The notes under the pieces are model-generated. The model made no database searches. It worked only from the letters and a program-made list of their open reading frames with translations, and was not told the origin of the DNA. Shown here piece after piece: positions 41,401 through 55,166 of a stretch of DNA of 64,000 nucleotides; the stretch's first letter is position 1, and the number at the start of each line of letters is the position of its first letter. Source of the stretch: Eledone cirrhosa (Eukaryota); NCBI GenBank assembly GCA_964016885.1, contig OZ024743.1:268274001-268338000 (forward strand), read 5' to 3'. Both the position numbers and the translations under genes were made by a program.

Positions 41401-43514
41401 TCAATGGTGTTAATTTGATACACCAGAACTTTAATATTAAGATAAGCAGAACAAGTAAAATTCAATCAATTTTTCAAAATACATTAAAAAATATAATATA
41501 AATATTTACCTCTTCTAGTGGCCCTTACTGATCAGTTTCGCTTTGTAAAACCTCATAAATCCGATGGATTCATGATGGAAAACCAAAGCTCATCAGAGAA
41601 GCATTTTCCCATCCTAGGGCTAAACGTCCCAGGAACGACAAAATATACAACCTCCTGCCAGCTAATAAAGGTCTGAAAGGTCGTAAAAGTGACCCGTATG
41701 TAAACTGGACCGAAGTAAAAGCGGGAAAATCAAAGACTTGCTGTCTACAATTACTACTAAAGAAATAGCAGCCTAGTAAAGCAACAGATTTGTTCTCAAC
41801 GGACGGAGAAAAAGGTATAAGTTAATATGTCCAGGGATACTAGGTACCCCTAGAAATACATAGGTTGTCTATGATTCAGGGTTGTTCAATGGTGTTAATT
41901 TGATACACCAGAACTTTAATATTAAGATAAGCAGAACAAGTAAAATTCAATCAATTTTTCAAAATACATTAAAAAATATAATATAAATATTTACCTCTTC
42001 TAGTGGCCCTTACTGATCAGTTTCGCTTTGTAAAACCTCATAAATCCGATGGATTCATGATGGAAAACCAAAGCTCATCAGAGAAGCATTTTCCCATCCT
42101 AGGGCTAAACGTCCCAGGAACGACAAAATATACAACCTCCTGCCAGCTAATAAAGGTCTGAAAGGTCGTAAAAGTGACCCGTATGTAAACTGGACCGAAG
42201 TAAAAGCGGGAAAATCAAAGACTTGCTGTCTACAATTACTACTAAAGAAATAGCAGCCTAGTAAAGCAACAGATTTGTTCTCAACGGACGGAGAAAAAGG
42301 TATAAGTTAATATGTCCAGGGATACTAGGTACCCCTAGAAATACATAGGTTGTCTATGATTCAGGGTTGTTCGATGGTGTTAATTTGATACACCAGAACT
42401 TTAATATTAAGATAAGCAGAACAAGTAAAATTCAATCAATTTTTCAAAATACATTAAAAAATATAATATAAATATTTACCTCTTCTAGTGGCCCTTACTG
42501 ATCAGTTTCGCTTTGTAAAACCTCATAAATCCGATGGATTCATGATGGAAAACCAAAGCTCATCAGAGAAGCATTTTCCCATCCTAGGGCTAAACGTCCC
42601 AGGAACGACAAAATATACAACCTCCTGCCAGCTAATAAAGGTCTGAAAGGTCGTAAAAGTGACCCGTATGTAAACTGGACCGAAGTAAAAGCGGGAAAAT
42701 CAAAGACTTGCTGTCTACAATTACTACTAAAGAAATAGCAGCCTAGTAAAGCAACAGATTTGTTCTCAACGGACGGAGAAAAAGGTATAAGTTAATATGT
42801 CCAGGGATACTAGGTACCCCTAGAAATACATAGGTTGTCTATGATTCAGGGTTGTTCAATGGTGTTAATTTGATACACCAGAACTTTAATATTAAGATAA
42901 GCAGAACAAGTAAAATTCAATCAATTTTTCAAAATACATTAAAAAATATAATATAAATATTTACCTCTTCTAGTGGCCCTTACTGATCAGTTTCGCTTTG
43001 TAAAACCTCATAAATCCGATGGATTCATGATGGAAAACCAAAGCTCATCAGAGAAGCATTTTCCCATCCTAGGGCTAAACGTCCCAGGAACGACAAAATA
43101 TACAACCTCCTGCCAGCTAATAAAGGTCTGAAAGGTCGTAAAAGTGACCCGTATGTAAACTGGACCGAAGTAAAAGCGGGAAAATCAAAGACTTGCTGTC
43201 TACAATTACTACTAAAGAAATAGCAGCCTAGTAAAGTAACAGATTTGTTCTCAACGGACGGAGAAAAAGGTATAAGTTAATATGTCCAGGGATACTAGGT
43301 ACCCCTAGAAATACATAGGTTGTCTATGATTCAGGGTTGTTCAATGGTGTTAATTTGATACACCAGAACTTTAATATTAAGATAAGCAGAACAAGTAAAA
43401 TTCAATCAATTTTTCAAAATACATTAAAAAATATAATATAAATATTTACCTCTTCTAGTGGCCCTTACTGATCAGTTTCGCTTTGTAAAACCTCATAAAT
43501 CCGATGGATTCATG
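38421..43514 (-). repeat. Tandem array of a 485-bp unit (10 full copies + a 244-bp partial), candidate non-LTR retrozyme
   Basis: Units start at 38421, 38906, 39391, 39876, 40361, 40846, 41331, 41816, 42301, 42786 and 43271. Only a handful of substitutions are visible. No ORF is listed in the track. TA runs flank both ends. Confidence 0.97.
38608..38694 (-). ncRNA. Type I hammerhead ribozyme, repeated every 485 bp (10 complete copies)
   Basis: Minus strand: cttct-CTGATGA-GCTTTG..tcatgaatcc-atc-ggatttatga..CAAAGC-GAA-ACTGATCAGT-A|aggg. GUA triplet, with the predicted cut between 38616 and 38615. Confidence 0.88.
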
Positions 43515-44559
43515 TATATATACGCATTTAGTGAATTGAGAAAAGGGGGACACGTAGGTATAAAGAGAACAATGTTTTTTTATAAAATACATACGTATGT
43601 ATGATTTATTCTTAGCTCATTACATTATGCGTTTATGCATTATTTTTTTTTTCATGTTATACATACATGCCCATCCATATGTGCGTTTGACATATCTTAG
43701 TGCAAAATATATCGTCTTACACCTACAAACACACACATACACACACATATATATATGTATATATATATATATATGTTTGTGTATGTATGTGTCTGGGCGT
43801 GCATATTTGTGTTCGAGGCCGTGCGTGTAATCATGCATACACATATATATGTGTGTGTGTATGTGTGTGTGTGTGAGTGTGTGTGTGCGTGTGTGTGTGC
43901 GTCTGTGTGTGTGCGCGCGTGTGTGTGTGTGTGTGTAGAATCATGCAGAATAAATGCGGATATACTGAAAGAGCTCCAAACGCTCAGAAACAGGTGACTG
44001 AGAAATATTGTACACATTGCATATCCATAAATTGTGAGCCGCAAACACTTCTGATCCAGCCATATATAGAGAGAGGTAAATTGATATGATTAAGGGATAC
44101 CATAAGAAAACTAGAAGTGTATTTGGCAAGAGCCCCTAGGGTAAAAACGAATGCAGTATGCCCAATAATCAATTGGGAATCAACAGAAGATGACATAGAA
44201 TCAAATGAAAATAAAGGCCAGGACAGAACACGTCGCAAACACCGCTAAAATAGAGAATGTTGACCTTAAGGCAAGAAACGTATTACAATAATATTTTAGC
44301 TATAAAAAGCATTTAAATAATATACGGTGATCTGCGTCAGCCATATAGGATGGAAACGATTCTCTCTACAACACCCATCCATGTATATATATATATATAT
44401 ATAATTGGAAATTTAGTAAAATCGAATCTCTGGCGGCTTGCAAGTAAGTTCGGCCTACTTATATGAAATGATGAGTTAGCAAAGCACTCGATAAGGTAGG
44501 GCCTTAGAGTAATAACATACGTTTAAATAGCTTGACAAATCGAACCATATATATATATA

Positions 44560-44865
44560 TATATAACGGCGATGAATTAGTTTTGCGAGGTTTTTGTTAT
44601 GCAATCGTGTGTCGAAACAAATATTGTTATACTTGGGAAGGGTCATATTTGTGTAATAATATTGCCAGAAGTAATATGTGTTTGACTCTATATTGTATCT
44701 GTATTTTTTACCGTTGGTCAGTCAATGGCAACATTGAGGACCAAATAAATTAAATTAACCGATATAAAAGACAGAAGCGAAAACCAACCAAACAGTGAGT
44801 GTGTTCTGTTATTAATTCTGGCAATATTATTACACAAATATGACCCTCCCCAAGTATAACAATAT
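44560..44865. mobile_element. Short TA-flanked element with ~54-bp inverted repeats
   Basis: 44622-44675 is the reverse complement of 44811-44864. Confidence 0.55.
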
Positions 44866-44878
44866 ATCTATCTATCTA

Positions 44879-44927
<49 letters not shown>

Positions 44928-45113
44928 TATATATATAATATATTTATATAATATATATGTTTATATATAATGTACAAAGCCGATATCGGAACCATGACAA
45001 TTCCTTTCACGTTATAACTAGATAACTGGACAACACCTTTCAGATATCAGGAGCCAGGGAGACAGCCTTTCACACAGTCATCCGAATTTTCGGATTTGAA
45101 CGCCGAGAATATG

Positions 45114-45177
<64 letters not shown>

Positions 45178-45416
45178 TACATATATATATATAAGTATAA
45201 AAAACGTGCTCAAGCGTGAAATTCAGATAGTTTATGAAATTGAGAGAAGCCCTTAATGTAAAAAAAGGTACATTTGAGCGCTATAAGGAATGGAAGCCCA
45301 TATTTACCCGATACCGGCTATGTATATATATCCCTCTTCTTTACCCTCCTAGCACTAGCCTGCTAATACTACTTCTAATTCTCTAACACCCACACATGTA
45401 CGAACACCACCAACTA

Positions 45417-45452
<36 letters not shown>

Positions 45453-46634
45453 TGTAAGCTCGCCTGTCGCACATACCTATATGACTCTCCGTTCACCACA
45501 TCTACAGCACTAACGAACTAACCCACCACCCCCTCTAGCACCCCTAACTCCTCCCCACCTCACCGGCCATTATCCTTCGATTCGTATCACCAAACGGACA
45601 CACCTTGCACCACCGCATCTCGTACCTACTACTACTACTACTACTACTACACACACACACGTACCACCACAGATCCCCTCAGTCCAAACTCACTTCCGTT
45701 CTGAAGGCGCCCCCACCTACCCTTTCTCCCCTCTACTTTCGCCCAAACCCTCCCTTGTGTTCGATGCTACAAACTCTTGACCAATGATGTCTACTGGTTT
45801 ATAAGGGAATACTCCGACACACATACACACACGCAGGGATACCCATACATCAACATACACACACCCACCCTCACACACACGGAAACACACGGAAACACAC
45901 ACACACACACACAAATGCACACAAACGCTAAAATACACATTAACGTACGTAGAAATAATAGAAAAAAGTCACATATACATGAATGGACACACACACACAC
46001 AGACAGACATACCCAAACATAAACACACACGCACACAAAATCTACCCGCTGCAGATAATACAAAGCCACAAATCCAGACACATATACATACATGTGTGGA
46101 TGAGTGTATATATGTTAATAAGCTGTAGGATCTAAGACAATGAGATCTAAAGCTCGTTGTTTTAATACTATCCACAATTATATAGTGAAAAGACATCAAA
46201 GGTATAATCCAAAGGCTAAATTCCAATATTGCACGTATGTAACATCACAGAACATGGATATTACATAATATATTTAGGGTTCAGGTGGAATTAAATCCCT
46301 TTAGTAATTTTACGTAATATTCACTAATCGCATAAAATATATTCATAATAAGGTCTCCAAGATTACATAAATATGTATGTAAATTTACACATTGAATAAC
46401 AACAAATTCTGCACATTTCATTGTAAGCTGAAAAATTGATAAATATGAAGAATAGATCTTTGAACCTTTAGGGGTTCATGTCCAAAGAGTTGTATACCAT
46501 CAAAATAGTCACATAGAAATACGCAACAGATAGGCTTGTATAGTACATCGTAGTAAACTCTACGAGTAAATGTACATACGCATTTCCACAGTCTCTGTCA
46601 AATCTCGACAGTATATATATATATGTGTGTGTGT

Positions 46635-46696
<62 letters not shown>

Positions 46697-46841
46697 GTGC
46701 GTGTGTGTGCGTGTGTGTCTGGGTATGGTTGGGAGAATGTCTCTGTGTACTTGCGGTGATTGGGCAATACTCGTATATGGATGTGTGTACATCGTTTGGG
46801 ACGGGAGGCCGTCAGATGTGATTTTAGTTTTGTTTGATTAT

Positions 46842-46929
46842 GACGTCTGGTGAGCAGATTGGGCTGGAGTCCTGTCTATAAGATTAACATGTATCCTGAG
46901 CCGCCCATCTGTGAAATGGTCGTAACTGT
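46842..46929 (+). ncRNA. Degenerate type I hammerhead motif
   Basis: CTGGTGA (A6G), stem II gcagattgggc/gcccatctgt, GAAA, stem III atggtcgt, GUA triplet. Confidence 0.5.
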
Positions 46930-46973
46930 GCATAATCAATAAAGACCTTAATGTGCAACCTCCTTATGTACTT

Positions 46974-47049
<76 letters not shown>

Positions 47050-47241
47050 AATATATTACACAAATAGACAAATAGAAGTGTGTTACACAGTGAAATGTGT
47101 GTAAAGGATTATTACAAGTGACTTTTACCGTTACTGTATAGAAAACAATATCTACAGGTTTAGCAATTAAATAGAAAAAAAACTAAGTCAGAATCAATTC
47201 ACTGAAGTAGAGTTTTAAATTACTAACCTTATAACTATAAG

Positions 47242-47316
47242 TTTGCTGATAGAAATTAAGTTCGTTTCGCCACAGAAATGTGCAGTTTAACAGCCACAGG
47301 TTCATCAGTCAGCAAA
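47242..47316 (-). ncRNA. Type I hammerhead motif, slightly degenerate
   Basis: Minus strand: tttgctga-CTGATGA-...ggc-GAAAC-gaacttaatttc-TA|tcagcaaa, with an 8-bp stem I. Confidence 0.65.
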
Positions 47317-47391
47317 TGTGGATTCTGTTTACTACACATCTAGCCTCATGGATAGAGAGAAATCTAATACACACGCTGCCCAGGGTAGGGC

Positions 47392-47459
<68 letters not shown>

Positions 47460-47460
47460 T

Positions 47461-47966
47461 TATTTATTAAAATAACAGATTTAAGTTTAAGCAAAGAATC
47501 GCTGCTTTCACCCTTAACGGGATCGTCTGAAACTAACAAAGTCAATCTGTGAACGCAGACGTGAATATTTCAAAAAACGTTGCAACCGGAGGAAGACAGG
47601 AAGACGATACTTTGGTTCTTGGAAACGTTCCCTGGCAAAGAACGGGAAAAAACGAATATAATACGTCATTATTTGGAGCGGTGAAAAACAATTACACGCA
47701 AAGACAGAACCACATTTATGGTATAAAAGTATCGTCGTCCTGTCTTCCTCCGGTTGCAAAGTTTTTTGAAATATTCACTTCTGCGTTCACAGATTTCCTT
47801 TCTTAGTTTCAGAAGATCCCGTTAAGGGTGAAAGCAGCATATTCTGTGCTTAAACTTTAATCTGGTATTTTAATAAATATTTGCTTTACGGTTCTTATAT
47901 ATTTGATATATATTTATCCTTATCGATCCCTAGTTGGATTTTAGTCTTCAAATTTATTATTATTAC

Positions 47967-47967
<1 letters not shown>
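47461..47967. mobile_element. Family B long inverted pair
   Basis: ~47461-47612 is the reverse complement of ~47725-47880. Confidence 0.75.
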
Positions 47968-48045
<78 letters not shown>

Positions 48046-48196
48046 GTATATGTATATATATATGTGTATATATGTATATATGTATATGTAAAAGGAAAAG
48101 AATGAAACGAAATTTCATTTCTCACACTTAGTACGGCGGATACTTAAATATAAGTATGTATACGTACATACATATATGTATACAGACGTACAGTAG

Positions 48197-48235
<39 letters not shown>

Positions 48236-48699
48236 ATAGATGCAAAAGAGCGACGATGGTTGCCGAACACTGTACGGCGGAATTCGGGCTGTTTGCTTAC
48301 AAAAAACCGAACATTATAATAAATGTTCGGTGAATCCATACGTACATATATATATGTGTGTGCATGTATGTATATATATCATACTACTGTACGTCTGTAT
48401 ACATATATGTATGTACGTATACACACTTATATTTATGTATATGTATATACATATATAAATGTGTGTGTATGTGTGTGTGTGTGGATGGTGGATTCACTAG
48501 TCGCGAACGTCAATTGAGGGTTCAGCAAAGATTTTTTTTTAAAAGAAAATAATTTAGTGCTTCTATATTCCATGAACGAACATATGTCTCTTGAGAAATG
48601 GCAGCTGCCTTGCAGACCTTTTGACTAATGAAGCATGTCACAGACTCATTCTGACCGAGAGTGTGTGAACCACCTACCACATGCTTCCTCGAGTGGACT

Positions 48700-49290
48700 C
48701 CGTGTCCCGCTTTGTTCCGTGAGAGAAAACCTGTGGCAAGGAAGGTTATCATTTTGAGGTGCAGCATGCTGCCAGCACTCCTTCATATTTGCACAATTTC
48801 AAGTCGACTCCGCTCAACATTTTGAATAGATGAGAAGCAACACTGGCGCCAGCTCTTTTGTTCTGGTGCGTTTTTTCTCCCACGAAAAGAAGGAGATGAT
48901 TCATCGTTTCACACTGTCCTTCAGTTTGTCTTTCAAGCACAAGTGTAGTCTTCCAACTGGCCTACCTGTCAGAAACTGACCGAAAAACAGCTGCTTGGGA
49001 AGTCTGATATCACATATACGAGAAAGATGCCCAACCTACATGTGCTGGACTTTCATGGGGATAGCTTCAATGAATGACATGTTGCATTTACTCAGAACCT
49101 CACTGTTTCTGATGTAATCGGATTATTTTATGTTGCAGATTGTACCCAAGCATCGCATATGAAAAACATCAAGCTGATTGATATGCTTTCGGTCAGAGTC
49201 CATAATTCAGCCCCATAGATTAGTGACGAGTACACATCAATGTTCACCTCTAATGAGACATCGTGCGTGTTCCAAAGCCTGTGGTAAAGC
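48700..49290 (-). pseudogene. 3' relic of an RTE-clade LINE
   Basis: Frameshifted minus-strand residues WTL...VFHMRCLG...IRNSEVL...LGH...RLPKQL..GQ...GRP...KD.LK...WE, typical of the RTE C-terminus. Confidence 0.6.
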
Positions 49291-50160
49291 ATATATATAA
49301 GTTTATTGTATACTTCGACTGCTTAGCGTACAACATAATTTGTACCAAAATTAATTACCAGCGAGACTGGTCATAATAAGCAAATTACTACGCCATTTTC
49401 AGTTCGATACTACTATAAAAACTAGTTACTTACTTTTTCAATTTACAGGGAAACACCTAAAACTTGGCATGTTTATACCTCTATATATTTCTTCTTCTTC
49501 TTCTTCTTCTTCTTCTTTTTCTTCTTCTTCTTCTTCTTCTTCTTCTTCTTCTTCTTCTTCTTCTTCTTCTTCTATACTACTACTGCTACTACTACTACTA
49601 CTGCTGCTGCTGCTACTAGTACTACTACTAATTTTATTTCTTTTCCTTCTTTTTCGGATAGATAGTACCATGTCGAAATCTTTAAATGTTGGTGTCATAC
49701 TCCGGTAAGGGTGACGTACTGTCATCTCCCCAGTTCATAATCTTCATGAACAAGATTAACATACACAGCCGGGGTGGAATTACTGTAGTATCAAGTCGGT
49801 GGGTATAGGATCAGTCAGCTGGGATTTGCAGGCGACATAGAAATACTTAACACGTCAGTACTACTCGACATAGTAATACTTAACATGTATTAGCGAAGGA
49901 TGTTGTCGAATGTTGCACGGAAGTAATTAAAACCAGTTCTAGGAAGACTGGGACATTGGCCCCCTTCAAGGTAGCCAGAGCTGTGCAGTCTACATGTGAA
50001 AGGAATTCCACTGAAGAAAATGGAGGATTTCAATTATCTTGATGTCGTTTTCACGAGTGATGGAGGGCAGGAGGCTGCAGGTTCATATACTCATTGTGTA
50101 AATTTATATACAAATTTAGGCATCCACAGTTAGTTCTGGTCTGTATATATTCAGATATGA

Positions 50161-50227
<67 letters not shown>

Positions 50228-50384
50228 GTATATATATATATATATATATTTAAATTGTTTCCGTAGTTTGTAAATCTATTAACATTTATTGTGTTTACAC
50301 ATCCACACACGTACACATACTCATACATACACACACACACACACACACACACCACACACACACACGCGCACACACACACACATA

Positions 50385-50426
<42 letters not shown>

Positions 50427-52278
50427 TATCTATGTATGTATGAATAGCAAAAGAGAGACAGAAGCAGAGAGAGAAAGAGAGAGATTCGGGAAGAAACATA
50501 ACCATAAGATTAAGCGTATATGTATAAAAATATTTCATACATACAACGTTTGCACCCACATAGACACTCACATACACACATGCACTCACATAGACATTCA
50601 CATATACACATGCACTCACTCACACACACATATGCACACACGCACACATACATACATATATATATATATATGTATATATATGCGAGGTGAAAGTTTGTTT
50701 GTGGATGTGTATGTGTCATTGATTAAAAATAGAGTGAAGAAGTAAAAGAGACAGAGTGATTTGATAGATAAACGCTTCTCCTTGGCTTGGATTTCAGCCA
50801 AGATAATACATTGAACATTGGTCGTGTGCCATATCAGTTTGAATGTTGTTTAACAGCAGAAAAATGTTTCATCTAGAAGGGTGTGCGGCGGCGTGGTGCT
50901 GGTGAAAGAGCATCAATGGATGTATTCTGTTTGCGTTGGGGATTCTTACACTAATACTGATTGTTATTTGTTGAAGGTTGTGAGGAGACCTAGTATCGGT
51001 GCTAGTTGCTGTTGTTGAGGTGGTGGTCTTATTCTATGTGGTGGTTGCGATTATGTTGTTGTTGGTGATAATGGTAGTTTTGGTGGAGTTGTGATAGTCG
51101 TAGTGATGGTGTAGGTGGTGATAGTTGTGTTGGTTAAATGGGGTGTGGGCGTTATTGTTTCAGTTTCGTGTGGGTGTGTTGGTCGTGTTGGCTGTATTGC
51201 TTCTGTATGTGATTGGAATTATGTCACTTGTGATGGCAGAGTAAAAGTTATATGTGGCACAGGTGGCTCAGTTAGTTGTTGTGGGGGCTCTGATGTAGCT
51301 TGTGGTTTTGGTGGACATTGTGGTTGTTGTTGTTTTGGGGATAATCCAAGGGTTATAACTGTGGTGGTTATGGTGCTGGTGGCGTGGTTGCCGTGGTGTT
51401 GGTAAAAATGCCAATGGTTGTGGATGGGTGATGCTGTTTCATTGAATGAGGATGTTAGTAGTGATAATTGTGATAAAGGTTGGAATGTGTTGTGTGGAAA
51501 GAGAATGGCGAACGGGGGTTCGGAGTGAGGTGTGTTTGATTGTTTTCTTCTGTTCTGCTGATCAGTGTCCTGGGAGTTACTAGCCGGTTTTAGTAGCAGT
51601 ATAAACGGTTGCGGTAATTACGTTGGTAAAATTGTGGTTAGTTGTAGTATACAAAGCTGTGAAGACGTGAGGCTCGTGGTTGGAATGTGGTTGTTTACGT
51701 TCATATGGACAATAGCTCGATTACCGGATGTATGTTTTTTCCTTGAGCAAAAGTTTGTATTTCACGTTGATCCAGTCCTCTTCGGTGAACAAAAATGAGA
51801 CGCAACTATAATTCAAAAGACCACCTTGTCAAACACTATTTAACGAGGAATTTTCCTTAGAATTACTTTCAAAATGGTGGTATTTGAGTAAGGCACACTA
51901 ATTTCAGGAGGCTTTTCCATTGATGAAAAAACGTCGTCGAAACCCACGAAAGTCCATTTTGTGTGTTTGGGTTTGCGTAGGGAGTGAGAAGTCTGATACT
52001 TTTTGAGTGTCGGAGGCGTGAATGTGTTGGTTAGAAATGTGAGCACCAATATTAGAGACTGGTCGGCAATGGCTGAAGTCAACTAGAGGGCATCATAACA
52101 ATAATTTGATAGGAAATGCCCGAGGACTGATGTGTATAATATGTGTCTGCTTGCACCTGTGCATTCGAAGATATACACATACCACACACTCACCCAGATA
52201 GCGTACACATACGCACAAATATATATGTATGGGTGTTTGCGTGTGTGTGTGTCTCAGGATATATTGTATATACACACA

Positions 52279-52397
<119 letters not shown>

Positions 52398-52452
52398 GCA
52401 TATATCTATCTATATATATATATATATATACAATATATATATATAGACATAT

Positions 52453-52537
<85 letters not shown>

Positions 52538-52897
52538 GTAACGAGTAGGACCCCGACGGCTGAGCTCAAGCCGTTTCGACGGCTAATTCTGGACTAATTG
52601 AACATTTTTATCCTGGTATTAGAATAGCCGAGCTTCTCAGGGGGTAATTCGATATACGGTAAAAGTGATTGTCACAAGGATTGGTCAAAAGTTTGTTGTT
52701 GAGACATAATAATTCTATCATGGCAGTAGAAGAAAGAGGGAGAGGGGGTGGAAAACCAGTCGTGCGTTGATAGTGCCATCTACAGCTGGGCAGGAGGTCA
52801 AAGAAGATACTAGGGAGGGGGAGGGGGAGGAAGTCGAAACAATAAGTAAAACAATATGGGGTAAATATATAGAAAAATACCGAGAGTGTTAAAAACA

Positions 52898-54037
52898 TTC
52901 GGCGGTGGATAGTACCGTGATGATGGGCTCCTTACCCTTAAAGGGTACAACCCCAGTAGTACAGATCGGGTCCGTAAACAATTAATCAGCTTCTTCCGCG
53001 ACTGGGGATTTAAAATAACCCTACAAACGTCCCTGACCCGAGTAAACTTCCTGGACGTCACCCTTGACCTCGATAATGATCGGTACATACGATACAGGAA
53101 ACCTAACGACAACCTGCACTACATCCACCGCCGGTCAAACCATCCTAGGAACATCACCAATAACCCGGTTAAAAACATCTCCCTCCGCATATCTCGTTTG
53201 TCAGCTAATGAGCAGATATTCGATGAACACGCGCCTTATTACAACCAGGCCCTCAAGCGGAGTGGTTTCCGGGAGAAAATATCCTACTCTCCAGCTCCCA
53301 TTAGCGAAACCAGCAAGCGACACCGCCGCTGACGAAACGTAACATGGTTCAATTCTCCCCACAACCCCGAGGTGACAACTCCTATCGGGAAAACCTTCTT
53401 TAGGCTCATTGAAAAACACTTCCCACTACAACACCGCTACCACAACATAATTTTAAAAATTACCATCAAACTCTCCTACAGCACTACACCAAACTTTGCA
53501 CAAAACATCGTCTCCTCTAACAACAAAAAACTCAACCCCTATGGAAGAAATAACCTAAATAGCAGTGGAGAGCCGACCAGGAGGTGCAACTGTCCTGATG
53601 GATCCATTTGTCCCCTCGACAACAGATGCAGAGATTGTAATGTGATCTACCAGTGCAACGTGAGGACGGACACCTCCAACAATGCTTATATAGGATTAAC
53701 CGCATGTGACTTCAAGACCCGGCTATACCAACACATACATGCCTTCCGAAACCAGGCCCGGCGTCACGCCACTACACTTTCGGGCCACATATGGGACCTC
53801 AAGGATAACAATATTACCTATGATCTCACTTGGAGCTTACTGTCCAGAGCCAACTCTTACACGGGAGGACGCCGTCCGTGCAATTTATGCTCGGAGGAAA
53901 CTTTACAAATGCTGTTTTCGACGGACCAACCTCTAAACAAGAAAGATGAACTCGTAACTGCATGTAAACACATATTGCGTAGGACTTACCTCGCCCTCAA
54001 ACCCCATAATGACCCGGGAGATAGACTAGGGCTATAA
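52898..54037 (+). pseudogene. PLE RT C-terminal half + Cys linker + GIY-YIG, with in-frame stops at 52910 and 53330
   Basis: YRDDGLL...VNFLDVTLDL...YRKPND..YIH..SNHP...WFNSP...CNCPDGSICPLDNRC...VIYQC...AYIGLT...FKTRLYQH...CNLCSEE, all in one frame. Confidence 0.9.
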
Positions 54038-55166
54038 CACCCCACTTGCCGATTTTGTAATAGGTAACCCCTGCTTGCAAAGGTAGACGTAAGATCTTCT
54101 TTTATATCTTTTTATCGCTTCCTCTATATTTCCTTCACTCCCATCCCTCCCGAGTCCTTCCACCCCAGTCCTCTTTCTTTGTCGTCGTCCTTTTACTTTC
54201 TCGCCCACCCGAGGCAGCCCCTCGGTCCTTTGTAGCCTCAGTACCCCGACCCCCTTCCCCTATTATATGATAGATTTGGCCGACTCCGCTTTTTATAGCA
54301 GATGTGATAGACCCCGGATACTTGCCTCCTTATCCGATGGCTGCCCCTTTTCCGTGCTTTCTATATTTCTTAGTGGTATCTTCACTTTAATTTCTCGATT
54401 ATCAGTATTTATTTTTTTAGGGGGGGGGGGGGCATTCAGAATTAATTTTCCGTATCAAATTATTCATATACTTCGTACGAGCATTTATATAGTTTGCACT
54501 AGAATTTTTGTATCGTGGCGGCAACCTTTGAGATAGTATTAGTATTCTTTTTCGGGATTCTGAATTATTATTTCGTATTAGTTGTTTTTTTTTTGCACTG
54601 GGTGGTTGCTGGCCTTGTGTCTGGGGTAGAAACCTTTATTTCGTACTGGTCTGGGGACTCTGAATTATTATTTAGTGGTAGTTTCTTTAGTATTTTGGCC
54701 CCCCGCTTGTTGACCCGTCACCGTAAGATATATTCGGTTGTTTACTTATACCTCTTAAAAGGGTCTCATTATAATTCCGTCCCACCTAGTAAACCTTTCT
54801 TTAGTCTAGCAGTACCAGTGAGAGACTTGATAGCTGTCCTTAGGTTATTGTAACCAGAATTTTTTTTTTCTACATTTAATTGTTTTTTAACACTCTCGGT
54901 ATTTTTCTATATATTTACCCCATATTGTTTTACTTATTGTTTCGACTTCCTCCCCCTCCCCCTCCCTAGTATCTTCTTTGACCTCCTGCCCAGCTGTAGA
55001 TGGCACTATCAACGCACGACTGGTTTTCCACCCCCTCTCCCTCTTTCTTCTCCTGGCAGGTTCAGCTACCCCTCCCCTCCACAAATTGCCATGATAGAAT
55101 TATTATATCTCAACAACAAACTGTTGACCAATCCTTGTGACAATCACTTTTACCGTATATCGAATT

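Noticed and set aside
38421-43514. CRISPR array or ordinary satellite interpretation of the 485-bp array
   Set aside because: There are no variable spacers or cas genes and the DNA is eukaryotic. A plain satellite does not explain the complete ribozyme in each unit.
49680-52095. Faint RT-like (ISQLGFAGD) and transposase-like fragments
   Set aside because: Too degraded to classify without alignment.
53330-53332. In-frame TGA in the PLE as selenocysteine
   Set aside because: It falls in an Arg run (likely CGA>TGA), not at a Cys position. The copy is truncated and has another stop at 52910.
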